A stretch of 64,000 nt of DNA from Octopus sinensis (lineage: Eukaryota): positions 7,006,001 through 7,070,000 of the forward strand of contig NC_043021.1 of assembly GCF_006345805.1 (NCBI RefSeq), read 5' to 3'. Under the pieces are notes generated by a model. It made no database searches and was not told where the DNA came from. It worked only from the letters and a program-made list of their open reading frames with translations. The translations under genes and the position numbers were made by a program. Shown in pieces: positions 49,661 through 61,796 of the stretch; positions within the stretch are counted from its first letter, which is position 1, and every line of letters begins with the position of its first letter.

Positions 49661-51106
49661 AACAGCCATGGCTACAATTTCACTTGCGCGTGCGCGTGTG
49701 CATACACACACACACCTGTACATCACTGATTCTTCTGGCGACTGATGGCACCTCCTTTAATCCAGATAAGTTACTTGAGGAGGAACTTAAAATTCCAGTC
49801 TAGTTCACTGTGCGACCACAGGTGGCATTGTGTGTACTGTGTGTTTACATGCATTATTTACATAGCACTTGTTAATAGTGACACCAACACTTTTATTTTT
49901 CTGATTTCCTTTACTTATGTAGGTTAGAGTTACCTTTAGCTATGGCTACTACAGGTGAAAGAACTGAGAGCATCGCCAGTAGTTTCAAATGTAAACACTA
50001 ACCCTTTAGCATTCAGATTACTCTGTCAAATGTAACGCTTATCTATTCATGTTGTTTTGAATTAATCATGGATTATCTCATAGCTTTGAGATTTTGATGA
50101 TGTGATTGTTTATTTGAACCTAAACCCAAACAGGTAGAATATTTTGGATGGATGTGGCCAGTTTAAATGCTACAGGACTATAAACCATATCAATCTAGCT
50201 ATTTTCAAATGAGGAAACTGTACTTCAGAAACAGTTATGGATGTTGTTTAACACCTTTGATACTAATCCACCCTAGTCTGCTCCTGGATCCATGATAAGA
50301 ATTCCTGCTTTAATCCTTTAGTATTCAGATTTTTCTGTCTAATATAACAGTTATTCACATTGTTTTGAATTAATTATGCGTTATCTCATAGCTCTAAGAG
50401 TTCAATAATGTGATTGTTGCATTTTTAGAATGACATTGTTGGGTAGGTGTGTGAGATGTGATCTGGCTGTTTTGAACATAAAACAGGTAAAATATTTCGG
50501 CTGGATATGGCCAGTTTAAATGCTGCAGGGTTAAAGTTATGTAAATTAAAACCTATTAAAATTTTATATTTATACTTCAAAAACCACCCCAATAATATGG
50601 CAGTTATTTTACTAAATTCTTCATTGTTTTCAAAATTAATTGAAATGAAGACCGTACTTTTCAACAGAAATATGGTAACAAAAGGGTTAACCCCAGATCA
50701 GCCCTGACCCAGTAGATCTATAATCTGATATTCTATTCTAGCCATATCTATCCTGTCTCTTACTCACCAATGTATCCAATCAGAACTACCTTATCCAATG
50801 AATTGTACAGTAGTTAGTTGTTGTGGCTGTTGATGTAGATGTTTATAATCCCAGGTCAGCTCTGACCCAGTCGATCTAGGGATCAAAAATTCCAGTTCTA
50901 GATATGCCAACTTTTATTCAGACAGTATATCTAGGACTACATTATCTAATGTTTAGGATAGAGCAGTTTATGGCTGCTGTTGTGCTTAACTGTAGTTGTT
51001 TAAACCAATGTCAGATTTGATCCTGCAGCTCTATCAACAAACACTATTGGTGATATAATGCAAATAAACATATCTAGAAGAACATGATCCTGTGTGTATC
51101 CCTTAA

Positions 51107-51327
51107 CCCTTTAGCATTTAAACCGGCCATATCTGGCCAAAAGTGTTCTGCCTGTTTTATATTCAAACTGGCCAGATCTGGTCTCTCACACCAACCCTAC
51201 AATATTGTTTCAAAAATTAACAGCTACCTCATCAAAATCTCATAGCTACAAGATAATGCATGATTAATTCAAAACAATGTAGATGAAGAAGCATTAATTT
51301 TGGCAGAATAATGCGAACACTAAAGGG
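51107..51327. mobile_element. piggyBac-like MITE (P2), well preserved
   Basis: TTAA|ccctttagcatt...cactaaaggg|TTAA. Confidence 0.85.
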
Positions 51328-52727
51328 TTAAAGATTGATTTGAGAAAGGTGTGACAGTTATTTCTAGCTGGTTGAATAACCACAAAGAGGTTCTCTTGAT
51401 AGATTGTGTCTGAGAGTTGATTACAATTAAGAGCCAAGTCTGCTGCTGCTGGTGCTGATGATGATGAACGGCATAAATAAGCTGATTCAGACTAGCACGA
51501 CTGCACCTAATATACCACCAACCACTGTTTTATAGCCTGGCTGCATTTAAAAATACTAAACAAATCTATTATCTCAGTTGTCGCAATGCAAGGTAGCGCC
51601 AATATTTAGATAATTCCTTTGTGTCAACAATTCCTTTACACTAGCAGAGCTGAGGTTTTTGTATCGCTTTCGGTATCGGTTCTTCTTCACAATAGATTCG
51701 CGAATGTTAATAACTCTACCATCGATCTTGTTGCCAGTCAAAAGCTGGTTTGCTTTAGAAAATGACTGACTGTCATCACTCTGCTGTCTGTCTGTCTGTC
51801 TGTCTGTCTATTTTTTTTTTTTCCTTTTTCCTTCCTTCCTTCCTTCCTTCCTTTCACAGTTAATTTTCTTCCTTGTTATAGGCATTTGGCTAATGAACAA
51901 AATATGTAAATCTTCTCTCTTGGTTAAGATCAAAAATGTGTATAGTGTTTGTTATTGGAAAGGATTATTAATCACTCTAAGAAGATTATCGAATGATGAG
52001 GTATTAACCTTCCTTTGATTACTTAAAGCTGCCTTATTGGTTTTGATGTCTATTTAATATAGTCATTATCATATATAATAATAATAATGCGGGGAAGTTT
52101 TGATAATAGTATCATGACTCTTCATGTAATCTTGTTTTTTCTTTAGCACTTGGATGTTAATTTGCTAATTTGCTTATGTATATATGTATAAAATTAAAGG
52201 ATGATGTATTATATGCAACGAAAATAAAATCTTAACTGAAACTTGCTTTTGATATTTAGAAAGAAAACAAAAACCTAGTGGCAGTTGTTTGTAACTTTCA
52301 AAGAAAAAGGGTGATAATTTCAAGAAGTTAATTTAATTTACTTGCTTAAGAGAAGAAAAGTTTGATCTTTGTTTGCAAGGGACAACAGTGGATATGTTTC
52401 TGTCTGTTAGACTTCACTAGCATTATATAGCTTAGCTACGTCTATAAATCTAGTTGCTGTTGAAGTCTGACATATTGAAATATATATCTATTGTTACTCC
52501 TTGCCTGCAAATAAAGATCAAGTGGGTTTTTTTCCCCTTCCCTTAAGTATGTAAATTAATTTGTAATTTAAAAAAATTCTTTCTCCTTTTCTTTGAGAAT
52601 CAATAAAACAATTATCACTCAATTTTTGTTTGCTTTTGCCAACTAAGAGAGATTTCTACATCACCTAACTTAATTTAGCCAAATTCATAATATTAGCCTA
52701 TTCAAGTTATTTTTGCTTAGCTCATGT

Positions 52728-52751
<24 letters not shown>

Positions 52752-52758
<7 letters not shown>

Positions 52759-52945
52759 GGAAGTTTACGAAAATAAACAAAAGACGAAGGCAGGTGGAGT
52801 ACAAACAAACAAATGTATTAGTATAGCGCTCAGGAATAGAAATAGAAAAAGTCTTTTACGTTTCGAGCCCACGCTCTTCGACAGAAAGATACACAGAAAA
52901 AAACAAGGAGAGAAAAAAATGCGTGTAGGAGCTAACGATCTATCT
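52752..52945 (-). mobile_element. Penelope-like terminal fragment, second copy
   Basis: Reverse complement of 38878-39060; joined to an RTE tail fragment at about 52945-52980. Confidence 0.55.
52851..52890 (-). ncRNA. Minimal hammerhead variant, second copy
   Basis: atcttt CTGTCGA A GAGC-gtgg-GCTC GAAA CGTA aaagac; stems intact, change confined to the loop and the distal end of stem I. Confidence 0.5.
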
Positions 52946-52994
52946 AGCATCAAAGGCGGACGTTAAACGATGATGATGATGTGTGTGTGTTTAA

Positions 52995-53190
52995 CCCTTT
53001 TACTGTAGAAAGCAGTTTTATGTTCCAATCTATCTTTTGTTGAAGAATGTCATATTTGAAACTTTCTTCTGTTGAGCTATGTCAAGGTTTGTGAGGCAAC
53101 GTGACTTGCAGAAAATACTGATTCTATTTTTGGTAGATACTTAACATCATTACAGGAATAACCATGAAATTCAATTTCTCAGTGAAAGGG
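52995..53190. mobile_element. piggyBac-like MITE (third family)
   Basis: TTAA|cccttttactg...cagtgaaaggg|TTAA. Confidence 0.7.
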
Positions 53191-53363
53191 TTAATGCTGA
53201 TACTTGACTGTTTCGCTACTCTTAGTATCTTGTTTGCATACTCAAGAGACTGAACAGGAATATTACCTGACTTTGACTGAATAACTAATTGAAGAATTTG
53301 ATTGAATTAACGAACTCTACTATAAGTAATGAGTGTTTTTGTCTTTTTTTGTACATGGAAACA

Positions 53364-54075
53364 CCATCATCATCATCATCGTTTAATGGCCGGTCTCCAT
53401 GTTGGCATGGGTTGGATGGCTTGACATGGAGCTGTCTGGACTCAAACTGTTATGGTATGGTTTCTATGGCTGGGTGCCCTTCCTAATGCCAACCACTTAA
53501 GAGTGTGCTGGATGCTCTTTTCATGTCACTGTCACGGGTACTTTTTAAGTGGTAGCAGCACCTGAAAAGACAAGCCTAAATGTTTGGAAGACAGGGATTT
53601 TACTTCGCTTGACCTGTCTTATCAAATACAGCCAATCACCATATCTCCTGGTCCCTTGTCCTTTCCTCAGTGAGGTCCAGTGTTTGAAGATCTTTTCTCT
53701 CCATTTCGTCCTAAGTCTTCCTGGGTCTACCCCTTCTTTATTACCCACAAGGGGCTAAACATAGAGGGGACAAACAAGGACAGACATAGGTATTAAGTCG
53801 ATTACATCAACCCCAGTGCGTAACTGGTACTTAATTTATCAACCCCGAAAGGATGAAAGGTAAAGTCGACCTTGGCGGAATTTGAACTCACAATGTAGCG
53901 ACAGACGAAATACGGCTACGCATTTCACCCAGCGTGCTAACGTTTCTGCCAGCTCGCCGAGCCAATCACCGTATCTCCTGGTCCCTTGTCATTTCCTCAG
54001 TGAGGTCCAGTGTTTGATGATCTTTTCTCTCCATTTCGTCCTAAATCTTCCTGGGTCTACCCTTTCCACAGGTAC
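53364..54075 (-). mobile_element. RTE 3' fragment (GRPRKT* C-terminus) interrupted by a family B SINE
   Basis: Minus strand ...GRPRKT*DEMERKDLQTLDLTEERTRDQEIW; (GAT)n tail at about 53364-53380. Confidence 0.8.
53737..53959 (-). mobile_element. Young full-length family B SINE flanked by a 107-bp direct repeat
   Basis: Flanks 53630-53736 and 53960-54066 differ at 5 positions. Confidence 0.9.
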
Positions 54076-54174
54076 CAATGAATAATCATAGTTCAGCAAA
54101 TATTAAAATTACCACAGAACAGGATTACATGGAACAATAGGTTTATTTTTTTCAGTTTTTGCTTTAGTCTAGAG

Positions 54175-54415
54175 CAGTGGTTTTCAACCAGGGTTCTGCG
54201 GAACCTTAGAGTTCCGCCAGTACAGTCCGGGGGTTTCGCAAGAAGTTACAAAACTGCTAAAATCGGCAGTAATTTTTAATTCTCCTGTGCAGATATGTGT
54301 GCATAAGACTATTAAATTATTGCACAGAGGTTCCTCAATTATTGCACAGAGGTTCCTCAAGCCAGTGGAATGTTTCCTTGGGGTTCCGCTCCAGCAAAAA
54401 GTTTGAAAAGCACTG
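54175..54415. mobile_element. hAT (Charlie-like) MITE, same family as 14645, opposite orientation
   Basis: Perfect 8-bp TSD gtctagag; TIRs cagtggttttcaa / ttgaaaagcactg; short internal tandem duplication. Confidence 0.9.
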
Positions 54416-56015
54416 GTCTAGAGCATTGTTTTATAATTAACATATTGATTTAATGGAGATAAGATAGTTGATACCTGTTTCACAATGTCAGGCAGAAGAG
54501 ATCCTGCTTCTGACCGCTACAAGCTTTAATAAGAATTAGGGAAAGCCCAATGAGGAGAGAATTTACTTGCAGGGCATTATTTAATAATAGTGAATCCAGA
54601 TTTTGCAGGAGAAAACAGTTGAATATATAGGGTCCAGTAATTGACTGGTGCCTGTATTATAACCCAGAAAGAGTGAGAAACACAAAGTTGACCTTGGCAA
54701 GGATATAATTGAAAAGGGATATAGTTAAATACAAGATTTTTTTTTATCAGCAGCACTCTATTATCATATTAATAATTTCTTTATTGGCTACAAGGGCCAA
54801 AGATGTTGTATGCTGCCCAAAGGAATGGGATACAAAACAGAAAGGGGAGAGATTACATCTTGTAGAACCCCCCCCCCCCGAAAAAACACAGCAATAAAAT
54901 AAAAATGTCCACTATTGTGGTGTGGTGGTGGGGTTCAAGAATACAGATTCCATCCCCAACAGACACACAAATCAAGGATTACCCAAGCCACAAAGGGTAA
55001 GATGCCCTCTCCCAGCTGTAATAACAATTACTTCCTGGTAAAAAATGAGAGGATTTATATAAATGAGGATACAGATTGGGACCATATGTTAGAGATCAGA
55101 TACATAATATGGTTTGATATAAAACCCTGGGCCAAGCCTGATATAGCAGGCCTGTGATATGACAATCCATCATCTTTTGATAACATAGTGATCACTTATT
55201 TATTAGGTATGTTTAGCCTATGGCAGCCCTGATTGAATAGGCCTCTCCAACCGTAACCATCTTGACTTTTCAAAGTTCGTAAGACTATATTATCAAATGT
55301 ATCCTTTCTTTTTTAAGTTAACAGGATGTGATATAAGGGAGATTTGGCTTCTATTTTCTGCTAGATGAAGTAACCCAAGTAAAGAATTTCCTTACAGTCA
55401 CATTGTATGAATGAGTGGGTTGGGGGTGCAGATGTTGAAGGAAACTGTAAAAAAATGTGACCCGGCAGGTAGGGGTGAGGTGGAATATTTATATTAATTA
55501 AAGGAGTTTGCTACAGTGTTGTGCTTGTCTGTTCTATATTATAGGAATTAAGTGGACAACTGACAGGAAATGTTTGGACTGTTGCTGCTGCTGCTGTTAC
55601 TACCACCAGCACCACTACCACCCCCACTACCACCTCAGCTACCACCATATATTTTCTCCATATTCTGCTGACCCACTTTTTACACTGTCCAGTGCCATAT
55701 TGGATGTTAATAACTGGGTTTGAATGAATGTTTATTAGTGTGTATTTATGTGGGTGGTAAATGGGGGAGTGCCTGCCCAAATTCTTTGCTTCTTTTTCTT
55801 ACTGTTTTAGAATCTCTTTTGTCAGGTTAGTTACCTACTGCCAACCTTGTGTGTGTGTGCGCGCGCGCATGTGCGTGCGAGTGTGTGTGTGTGTGTGTGT
55901 GTGCATGCATTTAATATATGCGTATACAAATTTACACACTTACACATGCTTAAAAATACCAATTGCATTTTTTTACTTTTCTTTTATACACACACAAACA
56001 CACACACACACACAC

Positions 56016-56056
<41 letters not shown>

Positions 56057-56785
56057 ACACACACACACACATCCGGTCTCTCTTCCCCCCAAAACGTAAG
56101 TGATATCCCATGAGGAAGTCATTGCAGTCTCTGCATACAAATTTATTTCACCTGCCTCATAGTTCTCAAATCACACACCTTTACTGTCTTTAAAAAAATG
56201 GTATTATTGGAATGTTGAGGTACAGTACAGATTGGTGCGATTTAGTGTAGATTGGTACAATATAGAATAATGTAGTATATGACATTGAGTAGTGTGAAGG
56301 TGGCAAGCTAGGCAAAGTACCACGTAAGTGGCATTTTGTCCATCTTCACGTTCTGAGTTCAAATTCCTCTGAGGCTGACTTTGCCTTTCATCCATTCAGG
56401 GTTGATAACATAATTATCATTTGAATACTGGAATGTAAACTCCTGTTTTAAGACAGTAAGGTGTGTAATAATAGAGAGATTTAGCTGGTGGAGCAACAAT
56501 ATACACCTATGTTTCACATCCCATTTTCTTTTTTGTCCCAATGTCTGCTTCATTTTTTTTTTTAAATATATGCATCCCACTATGAATGGGTAAAGTAAGC
56601 ATCGAAGCATGTACACACATGCACTCACATAGCCAAAGGAAGTCTTAATTATATTTTATTGCAGTTTTTATTCACATGTTACCTACTTATGCCTCATTTC
56701 TGAAGTAAAACCCACCCTATTAGTGGGGCATGTGTATCACTTTTGAGGAAGAGGCTATAGAAACTTAAATATCATTAGATGCTAT

Positions 56786-56923
56786 TTTTTTTAAAACTTT
56801 GGTAGAGAGAGAGAGAAAGAGAGAATGATTATATATATATATATCATCATCATCATCGTTGATGATATATATATATATATAATCATTCTCTCTTTCTCTC
56901 TCTCTACCAAAGTTTTAAAAAAA
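56786..56923. repeat. Near-perfect foldback palindrome, arms about 63 bp
   Basis: tttttttaaaactttggtagagagag...aatgattatatatatatcatca / exact reverse complement apart from microsatellite length. Confidence 0.9.
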
Positions 56924-56976
56924 TATATATATATATAAAAAATAAAAAATAAAAATATGTATATATATATTTAAGG

Positions 56977-57011
<35 letters not shown>

Positions 57012-57049
57012 TTACTATTTCTCTACATCTGCTAAGTAAATATTAGTCA

Positions 57050-57117
<68 letters not shown>

Positions 57118-57714
57118 GTATATATAAAGTATAAATCCAATTAAGGTATAAATCTACATCTCTACAATCTGTAACTAGTTCGATAAGTGCCAATGCATGG
57201 AACTCTCAGCCCTTGTCCCCTGAGTCAGTCTGTTATCATAAAATAGTTATATAATGTAGAATATATACAAAAATGGTGTTATATTCTACTGCTCTGTACT
57301 TTATCATGCTACTTTGTATGACACCACACTATTCTGTATGACAGTAAATCCATCACAATATCCAATATCATCTTAACATCGTTATTTGCATCAGTCAGCT
57401 ACTGTAGATACTGCTCTCTCATTCTCTTCGATAAGTAACTCTCCTGTCTCCATGGCGATCGTATCTTTTATTTCCCCTCTGTTTCATAAAACAATCAAGA
57501 GAAAGCAAAGGGAAGAAAATTAACTGGCAGTAAAAAAAAAACAATATCACAAACATACACAAAAAGAATAGACCCCCCTCCACCAAAAAAAATAAAAAAC
57601 GAAACAGTAACTTTTGGTGCTTTTTTTTTTGTAAAGGAGAAAATTAATGTGATTTTAAATATGATACTAGTTTCAGGTGTGACCGTGTCTTTACACACAC
57701 TCAGATGCATAGAC

Positions 57715-58080
57715 ACAGGTATTGTTGCGTGTTAAGAAGATTGATTCCTAATCACATTGTTCTGGTTCAGTCTTAGTGTGTGACACCTTGGGGAAGTGTC
57801 TTCTATTATAGCCCTGGGCCAGTTAAGGCCTTTAAGTGGATTTAATAAACAGATATTGAAAGAAGCCCAATTTATATACATTTGTCTATGTGTGCATATA
57901 TTTGTATTTGTGCCACCAATAGACAGGTGTTGGTTTGTTTATATCCTCATAAATTAGCAGTTTGGCTAAAGAGACAGATAGAAAAAGTGCTAGACTTTAA
58001 ACAGTACTAGGGTTGATTTGTTTGACTAAACCTTTCATGGTGGTACCCCAGCATGGCCACAGTCCAGTGACTAAAAGAGA
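57715..58080 (+). mobile_element. CORE-type SINE (family A), degraded
   Basis: ccttggggaagtgtcttctattatagccctgggcc...ccagcatggccacagtc. Confidence 0.75.
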
Positions 58081-58089
58081 GAGAAAATA

Positions 58090-58560
58090 CAGGGTGTGTC
58101 AGTTTTTTTGAGGACACCTCTTTAACTTTTTTAAATTTTGTTACCTTACTTTTCGGATAAATAATGTCAGACATCAGGTTGACTTTGCAAACAAAAAGGT
58201 GCCCTGTAATCATTACCTTAAAAGAGCAGCATAAATGACACAGAAAAAGCTCACTTCCTGAAAGTTGCCTAATCCTTCAGTTGTCAAAGTTCAAAAATAG
58301 CTGGAAGCTGCTATAACAAGGCTTGAACATCAGTAGCTAAATGCAAAACACATGCAGAGGGTCTTAAAATCATCAGACCACACAACTTTGTACAAAAAGG
58401 GCCAAGAAATAATTGATGAAAACTCGAGAAAGTCAGTCATTGCTAAGGACCTGAAAGTTTCAGAATGCACCATCAAAAGAGCTGTGCATGAGGTTTTCAG
58501 GTACAAGTCATACATAATGTTGTGGGGTCAGCTTGTGTCGGATTTGACAAGGGAATCGTT
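58090..58560 (+). mobile_element. Tc1/mariner 5' remnant (TIR plus DNA-binding domain; maT/DD37D-like)
   Basis: TA|CAGGGTG TIR start; IIDENSRKSVIAKDLKVSECTIKRAVHEVFRYKSYIMLWGQ resembles the HTH region ending EDLRYKSY.M..GQ; no catalytic domain present. Confidence 0.65.
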
Positions 58561-58589
58561 CAGTCCATGCAAAGTGCTTGCTAGAGTCC

Positions 58590-58955
58590 AGCAAGATTCT
58601 GAGCCATCTTTGGGTCACCGCCTTGAAGAATTGTAGTCAAAAGAATACCCCCTCCCCCAGTACTTATTTTCTTTTAAGCCTGGTACTTATTCTGTCAGTC
58701 TTTTGCCAAACTGCTAAGCTATAGGGATGTAAATTAACCAACACCAGTTGCGAAACAGTGGTGGTGGACAAACAGACACAAACACACATACACACGAGAT
58801 TCTTTCAGTTTCCATTTACCAAATCCACTCACATGGCTTTGGTTGACCCAGAGCTATTGTAGAAGACACTTGCCCAAAGTGTCTCACAGTGGGACTGAAC
58901 CTGGAACCATGTGGTTGGGAAGCAAACTCTTTACCACACAGTCATGTCTGCACCT
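58590..58955 (-). mobile_element. CORE-type SINE (family A)
   Basis: Aligns to family A; head-to-head with 59081-59462. Confidence 0.8.
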
Positions 58956-58992
58956 AATATATATATATATAATATATATGTGTGTGTGGTAT

Positions 58993-59036
<44 letters not shown>

Positions 59037-59080
59037 CATATATATATATAGAGAGAGAGAGAAACATATAAGAAATTACA

Positions 59081-59237
59081 TGTGTGGTAAGTAGCTTGCT
59101 AACCAACCACATGGTTCCGGGTTCAGTCCCACTGCTTGGCATCATGGGCAAGTGTCTTCTGCTATAGCCCCGGGCCGACCAATGCCTTGTGAGTGGATTT
59201 GGTAGACGGAAACTGAAAGAAGCCTGTCGTATATATG

Positions 59238-59268
<31 letters not shown>

Positions 59269-59462
59269 CTGTGTTTGTCCCCCTAGCATTGCTTGACAAC
59301 CGATGCTGGTGTGTTTACGTCCCCGTCACTTAGCAGTTCGGCAAAAGAGACCGATAGAATAAGTACTGGGCTTACAAAGAATAAGACCCGGGGTCGATTT
59401 GGTCGACTAAAGGCGGTGCTCCAGCATGGCCGCAGTCAAATGACTGAAACAAGTAAAAAGAG
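59081..59462 (+). mobile_element. Young CORE-type SINE (family A), head slightly truncated
   Basis: CpG-rich, near-consensus copy. Confidence 0.9.
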
Positions 59463-60279
59463 TATACGATTTGATGGGCTTCTTTTCATTTTCTGTTCAC
59501 ACAATTTCACTCACAAAAAATGGGTCAACCCGAGATAATAGAAAATGGTCATATGCTTAAGATTCCTTGTGGTTGTGAATAAAACTTCTTAATTATTCAC
59601 CCATATTATGCTTGTGACAAATTCTCTCACAGCCTTGGTTGGCTCAGAATTCTTGTAGGAGACACTTACCCTAAGTGCTGCACAGCAGGACTGAACCCAA
59701 GACCACATGGCTGGGAAGTTAGCTTTTTAACCTCGTTGTCATGCCTGCACTTGTAATATCTATGTCTGTCTGTCTCTCTCTTTATGTATCTATCTATATG
59801 TCTATCAATCTATAACACACACATACACACACACTCTTGCATATTGAGTTCTATTTATTGCATTTGCACCAAACCTTTATTTAAAGTCGATTTTCATTAA
59901 AAAGAAGAAAAAATAGAAACCCAGTTTCATTTATGCCAGTGTCTCTCTATGGATGGGCATTAGTGATTTGACAGATAAAGAATGATAAAATATGTACCAG
60001 ACTCAAAATTAGTGCTGGAGTCAATATGATCAACTAAATGCTTGAAGGTTGTGCCCTAGCATGGCCTCAATCAAATCGGAGAAATCTCTAAATTCTCTCA
60101 TATGTATGTGTGTGTGTGTATATAATATATATATATATATATATATAATATATATATATATATTTATACACACACACACACACACACACATATATAAATA
60201 AAACATACACACACATGTACATGAGAGACGGAGTATACCTATAAATATAGCATTCATTCATGTACATACTATACTGTTA

Positions 60280-60312
<33 letters not shown>

Positions 60313-60415
60313 CGTGCGCATAAAATCATGATTCTACTTCTGATTTGTTTGGTTCCTCCTCTTCTCCCTCATACCTACCTTATGTATTTTATATTTTTCT
60401 CTTCATCTTTACCAC

Positions 60416-60660
60416 TTATCTATGTGTATGTATATGTATATATATATATATATATATAAAAATATATATTATATATATATATATATATATAAAATATATA
60501 TTTATATATATATTATATATATAAAAATATATATTTATATATATATATATATATAAAAATATATATTTATATATATTATATATAATATATATATATATTA
60601 TATATATATATATATTTACACACACCACACACACACACACATGTGTATATATGTGTGTGG
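60416..60660. repeat. (TA)n-rich compound microsatellite
   Basis: Direct inspection. Confidence 0.9.
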
Positions 60661-61029
60661 AGTTCAAAAATAGATAATGAAATAATAATAAAAACATCAA
60701 AATAAAACCCAGTAAAACCCCCTCTCCTCCTCCTCCCCCTCTTCCTCCTCGCCCCCAATCATTCTATTCCAATACGTATATCATTATCTGAAAATATTCC
60801 AAGATACTTTGAGCAATTTCTTATGGAATTGACCAATAGGTCACCCTCCTCCTCCTCCTCTCACTCCCACCTCCTGGTTGTTTTTTTGTTGTTGTTGTTG
60901 TTTCTTTCTTTCTTTCTTTCTTTCTTCCTCTCTGTCTCTGCTTATTATCATCCTTGCAAGCCAACACTGCTATCATCATTTGCAATCATTCCAAATTACT
61001 GAGAATGTTACAGTTAGCTGTCTCCCACC

Positions 61030-61190
61030 CCCGTACCACCACCACCACCACTTACACTACCGGAGCAGCTTCTGCTGCTGCTGCCGCTGCTGCTCCTCTC
61101 ATTGCTGCTGCTGCTGCAGCTGCTGCAACACTCATCACCACTTCTACTACTGCTACTGTTACTACTACTACTACTACTCCTACTGTTGAT
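61030..61190. repeat. Compound trinucleotide repeat (CAC/CTG/CTA)n
   Basis: Produces overlapping low-complexity ORFs in three frames. Confidence 0.85.
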
Positions 61191-61556
61191 GCAGCTACAT
61201 ATAGGTAGTTGATGGATGGCATATCATGTGAAAGGAATGTATTAACTTTCCAGCTGGCCATACACTATCTTCTGTGCCTCTCTAGATCTGCTCTTCTGCC
61301 TATCTGTGTAATCCCTGTATCCCTATATATGTCTGTTCATCTATATATCTATCTGTCATTCCACTTATATACCTATACCTATCTGCCTGTTCAACTATAT
61401 ATATATATATATATATACATTTTTATATATGTAGCTATCTGTTCTTCTGTATATCTATGTCTGAAAGTCCCTATATATCTATAATTCTTATCTATTTTCC
61501 TACCTATAGATATATCTCTTTCTGTTGATACATCCTAATACACATAATCTTTGTGA

Positions 61557-61620
<64 letters not shown>

Positions 61621-61765
61621 GAATACTCACACACACACATCATATATACATTATGTATATACGTTGTATTTCATATGTATATTACCATGTAAATGAATGT
61701 CAATATATCTGTGTGTGTCTATGTATATGTGTGTGTGTATATATATATATATAATTCACACAAAC

Positions 61766-61796
<31 letters not shown>

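Noticed and set aside
57391-57478. Minus-strand acceptor followed by GEIKDTIAMETGELLIEENERAVSTVAD*, plus an RFX-like gtctccatggcgat
   Set aside because: Good poly-Y tract, but no strong donor, no recognisable homology, and the motif has two mismatches
60878-61261. Poly-Ala/Thr/Cys ORFs
   Set aside because: Trinucleotide repeats open in several frames and on both strands, with no convincing splice context
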